From Planctomycetota bacterium (GTDB lineage Bacteria; Planctomycetota; UBA1135; UBA2386), in NCBI GenBank assembly GCA_046290465.1, contig JBKAGP010000001.1, positions 1,888,001 through 1,952,000 of the forward strand: DNA of 64,000 bases. The letters run 5' to 3'. Positions 23,085 to 32,436 of the stretch are shown in pieces. The notes beneath the pieces were generated by a model. The model ran no database searches and was not told the origin of the DNA. It worked only from the letters and a program-made list of their open reading frames with translations. Position numbers and translations under genes: made by a program. Each line of letters starts with the position of its first letter. Position 1 is the stretch's first letter.

Positions 23085-23822
23085 TTGAGCACGTTGACCG
23101 ACACCCAGATCCTCGTCATCGAGGACGAACCCGACCTGCGCGCCGGCCTGCAGCACAACCTCGAACTCGAGGGCTACAAGGTCAGCGTCGCGGCGGACGG
23201 ACGCGAAGGACTGCGCAAGGCGCGCGAGGGCCAGGCGAGCCTGGTGCTGCTGGACCTGATGCTGCCGGAGATGCCGGGCCTCGAGGTCCTCAAGCATCTG
23301 CGCGACACCGGCCACGAGACGCCGATCATCATCATCTCGGCGAAGGGCCAGGACCGCGACAAGGTGCAGGGCCTCGAGCTCGGCGCCGACGACTACCTGA
23401 CCAAGCCGTTCGGTCTCAGCGAGCTGCTGGCGCGGATCCGCGCCGTGCTGCGCCGCACCAAGAGCGGTGCCAAGGCCGGCGCCGGCAAGGAGGCTTCGGT
23501 CCAGGGCGTGATGAAGTTCCCCAACCTGGTGGTCGACTGGCGCCGCTTCACGGTCACGCGCGACGACACCGAGGTGCAGCTGTCGCGCTACGAGGCCGAG
23601 ATCCTGCGCATGCTGATCGAGCACCGCGGCGAGGTCGTCAGCCGCCAGGACCTGCTGCGCAAGGTCTGGGGCTACGTGCACCTGCCGACCACGCGCACCG
23701 TCGACAACCACATCGCGCGCCTGCGCAAGAAGCTCGAGTCCGACGTCGAGAACCCGGTGCACGTCGTCACCGTGCACGGCCTCGGCTACCGGTTCGAGTC
23801 GCAGCTGCTGGAGGAAGAATGA
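23085..23822 (+). CDS. OmpR/PhoB-family response regulator
   Basis: IEDE, LLDLMLP, GADDYLTKPF, TRTVDNHIARLRKK, GLGYRF. Confidence 0.95.
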   Translation: MSTLTDTQILVIEDEPDLRAGLQHNLELEGYKVSVAADGREGLRKAREGQASLVLLDLMLPEMPGLEVLKHLRDTGHETPIIIISAKGQDRDKVQGLELGADDYLTKPFGLSELLARIRAVLRRTKSGAKAGAGKEASVQGVMKFPNLVVDWRRFTVTRDDTEVQLSRYEAEILRMLIEHRGEVVSRQDLLRKVWGYVHLPTTRTVDNHIARLRKKLESDVENPVHVVTVHGLGYRFESQLLEEE

Positions 23823-24697
23823 GCCCCCGCGCGTTCGCCGTGCTGATCGCCGTCGCCGTGACCGTGGCCACCGCGAGCGCGCAGAGCGGGCGCGCGCGCA
23901 AGGTCCGCGAACGCCACCGCATCGCCACCGCGGTGCACCAGGCGTGGCTGCAGGAGAACCTCGACCTCGACTCGCGCGGCGCGATCCAGAGCTACGAGAA
24001 GCTGCGCCGCAACAGCCCGAAGTCGCGCCCCGAGCGCTGGATCGCGATCGCCCGGCTCGCCGAGCTCGGCCGCCTCGGCGTGATCCACCCCGAACCGGGC
24101 ACCGTGCCGATGCAGGCGCCGCCGGAGGTCCAGAAGGCGCTCGACCTGCTCGCGCAGCCGGTGCCGTGGCAGACGGTGATCACCAACCCGGAGGCTCCGG
24201 TCGACCTGCCGCGCCTGCGGCCGGCCACCGAGAACGTCGTGCGCTGGGGCCGCGACCAGATCGGCCCCGACGTGCAGACCCGCTGGAACATGCGCTGGCG
24301 CGGCCGCGACCGCTCGACCAGCGGCCGCAACCGCCGCCTCAACCGCGACGCCGCCTACACCCTGCTCGAGTTCGAACTGCAGTCCCCGACCAGCGCTGAA
24401 TCGCTGCGCGAGCTGATGTTCGTCGGCTGGAAGCCGCCGGTGCTCGAGGTCGGCGTCGAGGCCGCGCTGCAGCGCGCCGACGAACGCCTGCGCGAGCGCA
24501 TCGAGAGCGAGGGCTCGGGCCGCTTCCGCCGCCTCCTGCAGGCGCTGCAGACCCGCGTGCAGCAGCTCGCCGAGAACGACCCCAAGGACGCCCTCGCCCT
24601 GCTGATGCGCCTGCCGTTCCTCGCCGAGGAGCTGCTGCTCCCGAAGCAGGAAGCGTCCGAAGAGGCGCCGAAGGACCCGCCCGAAGACAAGCGCTGA
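23819..24697 (+). CDS. Hypothetical exported helical protein
   Basis: ATGA coupling to regulator; signal peptide ASA-Q. Confidence 0.7.
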   Translation: MSPRAFAVLIAVAVTVATASAQSGRARKVRERHRIATAVHQAWLQENLDLDSRGAIQSYEKLRRNSPKSRPERWIAIARLAELGRLGVIHPEPGTVPMQAPPEVQKALDLLAQPVPWQTVITNPEAPVDLPRLRPATENVVRWGRDQIGPDVQTRWNMRWRGRDRSTSGRNRRLNRDAAYTLLEFELQSPTSAESLRELMFVGWKPPVLEVGVEAALQRADERLRERIESEGSGRFRRLLQALQTRVQQLAENDPKDALALLMRLPFLAEELLLPKQEASEEAPKDPPEDKR

Positions 24698-24761
24698 CGG
24701 ACCTCGCTCCGCAGCTGACCACAACCAAGTGATCAGTCGAAGGAGCTGCCCCACAACGCAA

Positions 24762-24900
24762 AGAGGGCAGCGCAACGCGCTGCCCTCTCCGTGCGAGCGC
24801 AACGCGCTCGCCAACAGGATCGCCAACCGGATCGCCAGCAGGGAGATCGATGGCTGCGGGCGAGCGCCAGTGGCTCGCCCTGCGAGCCACTAGCGCTCGC
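24762..24900. repeat. Cluster of three hairpins plus a 12-bp triple tandem repeat (REP-like or bidirectional terminator)
   Basis: Stems 24762-24788 (12 bp), 24793-24811 (8 bp), 24860-24900 (19 bp, one mismatch); tcgccaacagga-like x3 at 24808-24843. Confidence 0.75.
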
Positions 24901-25327
24901 TCGGAACCATCTCGCCCGACTCGGGGTCGGTGCCGGTCTTGGCATCCGCGGCCCACGTGTCGAACCAGGTGCCCTGGTAGATGTCGAGCGGCATGACCTC
25001 CGGGCCGTAGGGGTGCAGCTCGGCGGCGCCGTAGAACAGGCAGAACGGCAGGTCGACCAGGTGGACGATGCCGTAGATGCCGTGCTCGAGCGCGTGGTAG
25101 AAGAACGTGAACGGGAACGCGGCGACCTGGACGGCCGAGCCGGAACCCAGACCTTCGCGCACGCTCTGCGACGTCGTGTAGCCGTCGGTCGCGCCGCCGT
25201 AGATCATCAGGACCGGCGTGCCGACGCCGAGCATGAGGTCCTTGCCGGCGCGGTTGAGCGTGCCGCAGGACGTGAAGGTCATGGCCGCGAGGGCGAAGAC
25301 GGAGAGCAGGGCTTGACGAGCGTTCAC
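24890..25327 (-). CDS. Small hypothetical lipoprotein
   Basis: Lipobox-like FTSC after hydrophobic stretch; good codon bias; GTG start inferred. Confidence 0.7.
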   Translation of the reverse strand: MNARQALLSVFALAAMTFTSCGTLNRAGKDLMLGVGTPVLMIYGGATDGYTTSQSVREGLGSGSAVQVAAFPFTFFYHALEHGIYGIVHLVDLPFCLFYGAAELHPYGPEVMPLDIYQGTWFDTWAADAKTGTDPESGEMVPSER

Positions 25328-25612
25328 TCTGGTACCTCGGAGGGACGGTTCGATGCCGGGCGACAGGGAGCTGCACCGGTCATCGGAAGGGGATTCGAAG
25401 GGGCTGTCTCGACACGAGATGCAAGCGCGTCCCCGGCCCCCGGACAAGCCTGTCCAGGTAAAAACCAGGTGCCGGACGGCCATGGCACCGGCGGCGCGGC
25501 GCAATTCGGGGGCGCGGCCCGGCCTCGTCCCCCACCCCTGACGGCCGGCGCGGCGCTAGAGTCGCAGCCCCGCACTGCCGACAGGTTTCGGGCCAGAGAA
25601 GAAGAAGACCGC

Positions 25613-26509
25613 ATGCCGACCCGCCTCCCGACCTCCCGCTTCCCGGGCTCCTGCATCCCGGCCGCGCTATTGCTGGCGGCGACCACCGCGGCGCAGATCC
25701 CGACGCCGGAGCCGGCCCAGGTCGAGCCGACGCGCGAGCCGCGCCGCTACACGGGCATCTACGACGAGTCGATCTCCCGCGAGCTGTTCCGCGCCTGCGA
25801 CGAGAACAGCGACGACCGGCTCGACGTGTTCGAGACCGCCGACTCGTTCGACCTCCTGCCGTCGGCGCGCGACCACCGCGGCTTCGCGCGCTTCGACACC
25901 GATCGCGACGGCTTCGTGACCTGGCCCGAGTTCGACCAGCGGTTCCGCACCAGCCTCGACAACGGCGGCACCTTCCGGGTGCGCACCGCGCGGTCGTTCA
26001 CGATGCCGGAGGCGCCGCCGCAGAAGGAGACGCCGCTGCGGCAGTTCCTGCGCACGTTCGACGCCGACGGGGACGGCGCGCTGGCGCCGGCCGAGGTCGA
26101 GAAGCTGCTGGTCGGGACCGGCCTGCCGCCGACGCTGGCGGGGCCGCTGATGGCTTCGGACCTCGACGGGTCGGGCAGCATCGACGAGGCCGAACTGGCC
26201 CCGTGGTTCCAGCGGCTGCCGGTGGCAGCGCTGACTGCGGCGGCCGGCAACAGCCCGCTGCCGCAGCCGTGGTTCGACGGCGATCTCGACAAGGACGGCA
26301 CCATCGACGTCGACGAGCTGCGCGCGGTTCTGCGCGCGCTGGACCCGGGCCTGCTGCGCTGGGCCGCGAAGCTGCTCGAGAAGCTGGATGCCGACAAGGA
26401 CGGCAAGCTCGGCCGCGACGAACTGAACGCGTCGAAGACACCGACCGCGCCCGTCGGCGAGAAGCAAGCGGCGCCGACCACCCGGACGCCGCCCGGCCCC
26501 GCTCGCTGA
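25613..26509 (+). CDS. Exported multi-EF-hand calcium-binding protein
   Basis: Six DxDxDG-type loops (e.g. DTDRDGFVTWPE, DLDGSGSIDEAE); signal peptide. Confidence 0.85.
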   Translation: MPTRLPTSRFPGSCIPAALLLAATTAAQIPTPEPAQVEPTREPRRYTGIYDESISRELFRACDENSDDRLDVFETADSFDLLPSARDHRGFARFDTDRDGFVTWPEFDQRFRTSLDNGGTFRVRTARSFTMPEAPPQKETPLRQFLRTFDADGDGALAPAEVEKLLVGTGLPPTLAGPLMASDLDGSGSIDEAELAPWFQRLPVAALTAAAGNSPLPQPWFDGDLDKDGTIDVDELRAVLRALDPGLLRWAAKLLEKLDADKDGKLGRDELNASKTPTAPVGEKQAAPTTRTPPGPAR

Positions 26510-26574
26510 GCCACCAGACGGGCGTTGGCGGCCGAGCCCTGGCCAGCCAGGCACGTGTGCTATACGACGGTGGC

Positions 26575-28194
26575 ATGAGCAGCAGCCCGAGCCTGTCGTT
26601 CCGAAGCCTTTGCCTGCTGGCCGCGGCGGCGTGCACGACCCTCACCGCGCAGCGAGCGGAGCCGCCGCAGACGGTGGCCGAGTCGAGCAGCTACGAGCAG
26701 ACCTCGCGCGCCGCCGACGTCGAGCGCTTCCTCGACGCGTGCGTGCGGCTGCCGCACGGCGATCGCGTGTCGGTCCAGGTCGCCGGCAAGACGCACGAAG
26801 GCCGCGCGATGATGCTGGCCAAGGTCGCGCTGCCTGAGGCTGCCGAACGGCCGCGGCTGCGCGCGCTGGTGATCGGCAACATCCACGCCGGCGAGGTCGA
26901 GGGCAAGGAGGCGGTGCAGGAGCTGCTGCGGGAGTTCGCGCTCGGCCAGCACGAGCCGCTGCTGCAGCGCTGTGAGATCTGGTTCGTGCCGATCTACAAC
27001 GTCGACGGCAACGAGGCGGTCAAGGTCGGCAACCGCCGCGGCCAGAACGGCCCCGACGCCGTCGGCCAGCGCCCCAACGGCCAGGGCCTCGACCTCAACC
27101 GCGACTTCGTCAAGGCGGATGCGCCCGAGACCCGCGTGCTGCTGTCGCTGTTTCGCGAGTTCGACCCGCACCTGTTCGTCGACCTGCACACGACCAACGG
27201 CTCACACCACGGCTACCACCTGACCTACGCGCCGAGCCTCAACCCCAACGTCGACGCGGCGGTCGACCGGTTCACCCGCGGCATGCTCGAACGCACCCGC
27301 AAGAAGCTGCAGCGGCAGGGCGTCGAGACGTTCGACTACGGCAACTTCGAGACCCGCGACTGGGACGGCGGCGGCGCACCGAGTTCGCGTCGGGGCGAGC
27401 GCGGCTGGTACACCTACGACAGCCGCGCGCGCTACGGCATCAACTACTACGGCCTGCGCAACCGGGTCAGCGTGCTCAGCGAGGCCTACAGCTACGCCGA
27501 CTTCGAGACGCGCATCCGCGCGACCCGGGCGTTCGTGCTCGGGCTGCTGCACGACCTCGTCGACCACGAGCAGCAAGCGCGCGAGGCGATGGCCGCGGCC
27601 GATCGCCGCGTGACCGACGGGCGCGCGCCGGTGTGGTTCGGCACCGCGACGACGTTCGCAGATCCGGAGCGCCTGCCGGTGCTGGTCGGCAAGGTCGAGC
27701 GCGTCGACGGCGAGGGCGGCCGGCCGACCCGCTACGCGCGCGTCGACGAGAGTGCGCCGGAGGCGATGCGGGTCGTGCGTCGGTTTCGGGCGCAGCAGCA
27801 GCGGCGCCTGCCGGTCGCGTGGGCGGTGCTCGCCCCGACGCCCGAGGTCGTGCAGCGGCTGCAGTGGCACGGCGTGACGTTCCACGCGGTCGACGAGGCG
27901 ACGTCGCTGCGCGCGCGGCAGTTCGCGGTCGACAAGAAGCGCAAGCCGAAGCGTCCCTACCAGGGCCATCAGGCGCTGGTCCTCGAGGGCACGTGGCGGC
28001 CGGCGCGCGCGCACGACATCCCGCTCGGCACGCTGATCGTGCCGGCCGACCAACGCCTGGCCCGGGTCGCGGCGACGCTGCTGGAGCCGCTCAGCGAGGA
28101 CGGCCTGTCGACCTGGAACTTCTTCGAGGACCAGACCGACAAGACGTTCCCGGTGCTGCGCCTGCTCGAGCGCCCCGCGCGCGACGACGGCTGA
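26575..28194 (+). CDS. Exported M14 zinc carboxypeptidase family protein
   Basis: NIHAGEVEG (HxxE), DLNRD, DLHTT; signal peptide. Confidence 0.88.
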   Translation: MSSSPSLSFRSLCLLAAAACTTLTAQRAEPPQTVAESSSYEQTSRAADVERFLDACVRLPHGDRVSVQVAGKTHEGRAMMLAKVALPEAAERPRLRALVIGNIHAGEVEGKEAVQELLREFALGQHEPLLQRCEIWFVPIYNVDGNEAVKVGNRRGQNGPDAVGQRPNGQGLDLNRDFVKADAPETRVLLSLFREFDPHLFVDLHTTNGSHHGYHLTYAPSLNPNVDAAVDRFTRGMLERTRKKLQRQGVETFDYGNFETRDWDGGGAPSSRRGERGWYTYDSRARYGINYYGLRNRVSVLSEAYSYADFETRIRATRAFVLGLLHDLVDHEQQAREAMAAADRRVTDGRAPVWFGTATTFADPERLPVLVGKVERVDGEGGRPTRYARVDESAPEAMRVVRRFRAQQQRRLPVAWAVLAPTPEVVQRLQWHGVTFHAVDEATSLRARQFAVDKKRKPKRPYQGHQALVLEGTWRPARAHDIPLGTLIVPADQRLARVAATLLEPLSEDGLSTWNFFEDQTDKTFPVLRLLERPARDDG

Positions 28195-28213
28195 CGGGAG
28201 GGAAGGTCTGCTC

Positions 28214-28249
28214 CCGGAACCAGACTTGCGCACCGGAACCAGGCTTGCG
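28214..28249. repeat. 19-bp tandem duplication (ccggaaccagacttgcgca / ccggaaccaggcttgcg)
   Basis: Read directly in the convergent spacer. Confidence 0.8.
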
Positions 28250-28251
28250 AC

Positions 28252-30432
28252 TCAGGGGCGCTTACGGGGGCGGGGTTTGCCGGGGCTGGGCTTACCGGGG
28301 CTGGGCTTACCGGGGCGGGGCTTGCGGCGCTGTTGGGCGTCGCGGCTCGGTGGGGCGAGGTCGATCGGGTCGCCCTTCTGGGTGCGGCACAGGATCCGGC
28401 GCTCGCCCTCGATCTCGAGCGGACGTAGCACGACGCCGCGCATCAGCAGTTCGCGGGCCAGCTGGCGCGTGACGGTCAGGCCGCGGTACTGCTTCGGCAG
28501 CCGGTAGCCGCAGCCGTCCTTCCACTTCGAGCAGCCGTAGGCCTCGCGCCCCTCGATCACGTCGGCACCGCACAGCGGGCACGCGCCGAAGCCGTCGTGG
28601 CGCAAGACCGGCGACAGCCCTTCGTCGATCAACGAACGGATCATCGCCGCGATCTCCTGCATGAACGCCTCGCGCTCGCGCTTGCCGCGCTCGATCTCGC
28701 CGAGCTTCTGCTCCCAATCGCCGGTCAGCTCCGGCGACTTCAACACCGGGTCGGCGATGATCGCGATCAGGTAGCGGCCGAGGTCGGTGACCCGCAGCGC
28801 CTTCTTGTCGCGGCGGATGTAGCCGCGCGACAGCAGCGTCTCGACGATCGATGCGCGGGTCGCCGGCGTGCCGATGCCGCGCCCCTTCATCGCCTCGCGC
28901 AGCTGCTCGTCGTCGACCAGTTTGCCGCAGGTCTCCATCGCCGCCAGCAGCGTGTTCTCGGTGTAGGGCCGCGGCGGCTTGGTCTTGCCCTCGTGCAGCA
29001 CCGGCTGGTGCGGCCCCCGCTCGCCCTGCTCGAACGGCGGCAGCTCCTGCTTGTCGTCGTCGCCGTCGTCGGCCTTCTTCTTGCCGCGCGCCTTCGGCTT
29101 CCTGGCCTCCTTCGGCTCGAGCGCGCTCCAGCCAGGATCGGTGACCACGACGCCGCGAGCCCGGAACGGCACGTCGACCACCTTGGCGTGCGCGGTCGTC
29201 ACGTCCTGCTCGCGCGGGCCGAGGAACACCTGCACCAGCCGGGTTGCGACCGCATCGAACACCGCCCGGTGATCGCCGGACAGCGACTCGATCCGGCCGG
29301 TCGGCACGATCGCGTGGTGGTCGGTGATCTTGCCGTCGTCGAACACGCGCTTCGGCTTGCTGCGCGGGCCGCGTTCGCCCTCCGCCGCCTGCGACACGTA
29401 CTCGGCCAACAGCGCCAGCGCGTCCGGGTTCCACTGCCGCAGCGAGGCCAGCGTCGTGCGCACCTGGTCGACCATGTCGAGCGACAGGTGCCGGCTGTCG
29501 GTCCGCGGATAGGTCAGCACCTTCTTCTCGTAGAGCTCCTGCGCGACCGCCAGCGTGCGCGCCGCCGACAGGCCGTGGCGCAGGTTCATGTCGCGCTGCA
29601 GCTGGGTCAGGTCGTAGAGCAGCGGCGGCGGCAGCGACTCCTGCTTCTTCTCGACGCGCTCGATGACGAGGTCCTCGTCGGTGACCTTGTCGAGCAGTTC
29701 TTGCGCCGGCCCCTGCTCGCGGAAACGGTCGCCGGTGTACTTGAACAGCGCCTTGCGGTAGCTGGTGCGCAGTTCCCAGAACGGCCGCGCATCGAACACG
29801 CGGATCTCGTCGTCGCGCTCGGCGATCAGCGCCAGCACCGGGGTCTGCACACGACCGAGGCTCCACAGCACGCTGCCGCCGCCGTAGCGCACCGTGTAGG
29901 CGCGGGTCGCGTTGAGGCCGACGATCCAGTCCGCCTCGCTGCGCGAACGCGCGGCGTCGTGCAGGTTCTCGTAGTCGGCGCCCTCCTTCAGCTTGTCGAA
30001 GCCCTGCTTGATCGCCTGCTCGGTCAGCGAACTGAGCCACAGGCGCTTGTGCGGCCGTTCGGGGCAGCCCGCATACTCGAGGATGTAGCGGAAGATCAGC
30101 TCCCCCTCGCGGCCGGCGTCGGTCGCACACACCAGCTCGTCGGCTTCGCGACACAGCTCGGCGACACGGTCGAGCTGCGCCTTGCGGTCGCCGCCCTCGT
30201 CGACAGGCTTGAGCTCGAAGCGTGCCGGCACGAACGGCAGGCTCTCGAGCGACCAGCGCTTCAGCGACGGATCGTATTCGTCCGGCGTCTTCAGCGTCGC
30301 CAGGTGGCCGAGCGCCCACGTGATCCGCCAGCCGTTGCCCTCGAGGAATCCCTCGCGCCGCTGGTTCGCGCCCAGCACCTTGGCCAGGTCGCGCGCCACC
30401 GAGGGCTTCTCCGCCACCACTACGTTGACCAA
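28252..30432 (-). CDS. topB: DNA topoisomerase III (type IA) with C-terminal zinc ribbon and GKPSP repeat tail
   Basis: VAEKPSVA, ATDAGREGELIF, GRVQTP, TYPRTDS, GIGTPATRA; CPLCG...C-x5-C. Confidence 0.93.
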   Translation of the reverse strand: MVNVVVAEKPSVARDLAKVLGANQRREGFLEGNGWRITWALGHLATLKTPDEYDPSLKRWSLESLPFVPARFELKPVDEGGDRKAQLDRVAELCREADELVCATDAGREGELIFRYILEYAGCPERPHKRLWLSSLTEQAIKQGFDKLKEGADYENLHDAARSRSEADWIVGLNATRAYTVRYGGGSVLWSLGRVQTPVLALIAERDDEIRVFDARPFWELRTSYRKALFKYTGDRFREQGPAQELLDKVTDEDLVIERVEKKQESLPPPLLYDLTQLQRDMNLRHGLSAARTLAVAQELYEKKVLTYPRTDSRHLSLDMVDQVRTTLASLRQWNPDALALLAEYVSQAAEGERGPRSKPKRVFDDGKITDHHAIVPTGRIESLSGDHRAVFDAVATRLVQVFLGPREQDVTTAHAKVVDVPFRARGVVVTDPGWSALEPKEARKPKARGKKKADDGDDDKQELPPFEQGERGPHQPVLHEGKTKPPRPYTENTLLAAMETCGKLVDDEQLREAMKGRGIGTPATRASIVETLLSRGYIRRDKKALRVTDLGRYLIAIIADPVLKSPELTGDWEQKLGEIERGKREREAFMQEIAAMIRSLIDEGLSPVLRHDGFGACPLCGADVIEGREAYGCSKWKDGCGYRLPKQYRGLTVTRQLARELLMRGVVLRPLEIEGERRILCRTQKGDPIDLAPPSRDAQQRRKPRPGKPSPGKPSPGKPRPRKRP

Positions 30433-30442
30433 CCGGCGCCCC

Positions 30443-31480
30443 CTACTGCCAACGGAACCAGCGCATCGCCAGCGTGAAACAGATCAGGCCGGCGGCCGCC
30501 AGCGCGGTCACCGGCAGCCAGACGTCCAACAGCGAACCGGGCTCCAGCATCACGTCGCGCAGCGCCCGGTTGACGTGCGTCAGCGGCATGCTCTCGGCAG
30601 CCCAGCGCATCGGCCCCTCGAGGCCTTCGTTGGCGAAGAAGGTGCCGCCCAGCACCCACATCGGCAGCTGCACGGCGTTCATCAGTCCGCCGATGGTCTC
30701 GGTGGTGCGCGCGCGCGAGGCCAGCAGGCAACCGAGACCGGTGAAGGTCCAGGCGCCGACGACGATCACCACCAGCGCCGCGAGCAGGCTGCCGCGGAAC
30801 GGCACCCCCCACAAGAACACGCCGAAGCTCATGATCGCGAAGGCCTCGGGGATCACCAGGATCGAGCGGCCGAGCAGGTAGCCGGCGAGGAACTCGGAGC
30901 GCTTCATCGGCGTGACGAAGATGCGTCGCAGCAGGTTGCCGACCCGCATCTGCACCAGGTTGAAGCCGACCCCCCACATGCCCGCGCCGAGCAGGTTGAG
31001 GCCGATCAGGCCGGGGATCAGGAAGTCGATGTAGCGCGAACCGGGTCGGTCCTCGACCTCGTGCACCGGTCGCTGGTAGTCGGTGTCGCCCGCGAACGCC
31101 TCGCGCAGGCGACGTTCGACCAGCAGCCGCGCCAGCATCGCCTCGGGCCGCGTCGGGTCGCTGCGCAGGACCTCGCGTTCGTCGCCCCAGCGCACGGTCA
31201 GCGCGACCCGGCCGCGGGCCAGCGCGCGGTCGGCCTCGTCGGTCGACAGCCATTCGACGTCGAGCAGCGGTTCGCCTTCGAGCGGCTTCAAGTTGACGCG
31301 CGCGACCTCGGAGTCGATGACGCCGACGCGCACCGGGTCGGGCTCGCCCGACTGGAACGCGAAGCCGAGCACCACCGCCATCATCAGCGGGAAGCCGTAG
31401 GTCCAGAACACCGCCTGCGGGCTGCGCCAGAACTCGAGGAACGCCTGGTGCGCCACCGCCTTGACCACGCGCCACCTCAC
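30443..31480 (-). CDS. ABC-2 type exporter permease
   Basis: TM pattern, RYIDFLIPGLIG, PLTH; GTGA coupling to the ATPase. Confidence 0.9.
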   Translation of the reverse strand: MRWRVVKAVAHQAFLEFWRSPQAVFWTYGFPLMMAVVLGFAFQSGEPDPVRVGVIDSEVARVNLKPLEGEPLLDVEWLSTDEADRALARGRVALTVRWGDEREVLRSDPTRPEAMLARLLVERRLREAFAGDTDYQRPVHEVEDRPGSRYIDFLIPGLIGLNLLGAGMWGVGFNLVQMRVGNLLRRIFVTPMKRSEFLAGYLLGRSILVIPEAFAIMSFGVFLWGVPFRGSLLAALVVIVVGAWTFTGLGCLLASRARTTETIGGLMNAVQLPMWVLGGTFFANEGLEGPMRWAAESMPLTHVNRALRDVMLEPGSLLDVWLPVTALAAAGLICFTLAMRWFRWQ

Positions 31481-32436
31481 GCCGCGTCTCCTTCGCGCAG
31501 CTGGCGGCCGGTCAGGTGCACGAACACGTCCTCGAGCGTCGCGTGCCGCGTCGCCAGGCCGTCGATCGCGACCTCCCGCTGCTCGAGCAGGTCGAGCACG
31601 GCGGGCAGCGCCCGGTGCACCGACGCGACCGTGCACTCGACGCGATCGCCGCGCCGCTCGATCGCGACCACGTCCGGCAGCGCCAGGAACGCAGCGTCGT
31701 CCGGAGCGCGGTCGGCATCGACCAGGTCGACGACCACGAAGTGCTCGGCGCCCAGCGAACGGATCAGCTCCGCCGGCGAGCCGAGCGCGATCACCTTGCC
31801 GCGATCGACGATCGCGACCCGGTCGCACAGTTGCTGCGCCTCGTCCATGTAGTGGGTCGTCAGCAGCACGGTGCCGCCCTCGGCCTGGTAGTCGCGCACG
31901 ACCTGCCACAGCTGCCGCCGCGACTGCGGGTCGAGGCCGGTGGTCGGCTCGTCGAGAAACAACAGGTCCGGATCGCCGAGCAGCGCCGTCGCCACCGCGA
32001 GCCGCTGCCGCTGGCCGCCCGACAGCGACTTCTGCCGCGTCGCGCGCTTCTCTTCGAGCGAGACCAGGGCCAGCGCGTCGTCGACGGTGCGGCCGCGGTC
32101 GAAGCACGAACGGAACAGCCGCAGCACCTCCTCGACGTTGGCGTGCTCGTGGAAGCGGGTCTCCTGCAGGCAGACGCCGATGCGCGCGCGGATCGCGTCG
32201 TCGTTGCCGACGCGCCACTGGTCGCCGAGGATGCGCACCTCGCCGCCGTCGGGCACGGTCAGCCCTTCGCAGATCTCGACCGTGGTGGTCTTGCCGGCGC
32301 CGTTGGGACCGAGCAGCCCGAACACCTCGCCGCGCAGGACGACCAGGTCGAGGCCGTCGACGGCGTGCACGGTCTCGCGCCCCTTCTTGTAGGTCTTGCG
32401 CAGGCCGCGCAGCTCGATCGCCGCCGCGTCGCTCAT
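31477..32436 (-). CDS. ABC exporter ATP-binding protein
   Basis: GPNGAGKTT, LSGGQ, LFLDEPTTGLD, TTH. Confidence 0.95.
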   Translation of the reverse strand: MSDAAAIELRGLRKTYKKGRETVHAVDGLDLVVLRGEVFGLLGPNGAGKTTTVEICEGLTVPDGGEVRILGDQWRVGNDDAIRARIGVCLQETRFHEHANVEEVLRLFRSCFDRGRTVDDALALVSLEEKRATRQKSLSGGQRQRLAVATALLGDPDLLFLDEPTTGLDPQSRRQLWQVVRDYQAEGGTVLLTTHYMDEAQQLCDRVAIVDRGKVIALGSPAELIRSLGAEHFVVVDLVDADRAPDDAAFLALPDVVAIERRGDRVECTVASVHRALPAVLDLLEQREVAIDGLATRHATLEDVFVHLTGRQLREGDAA

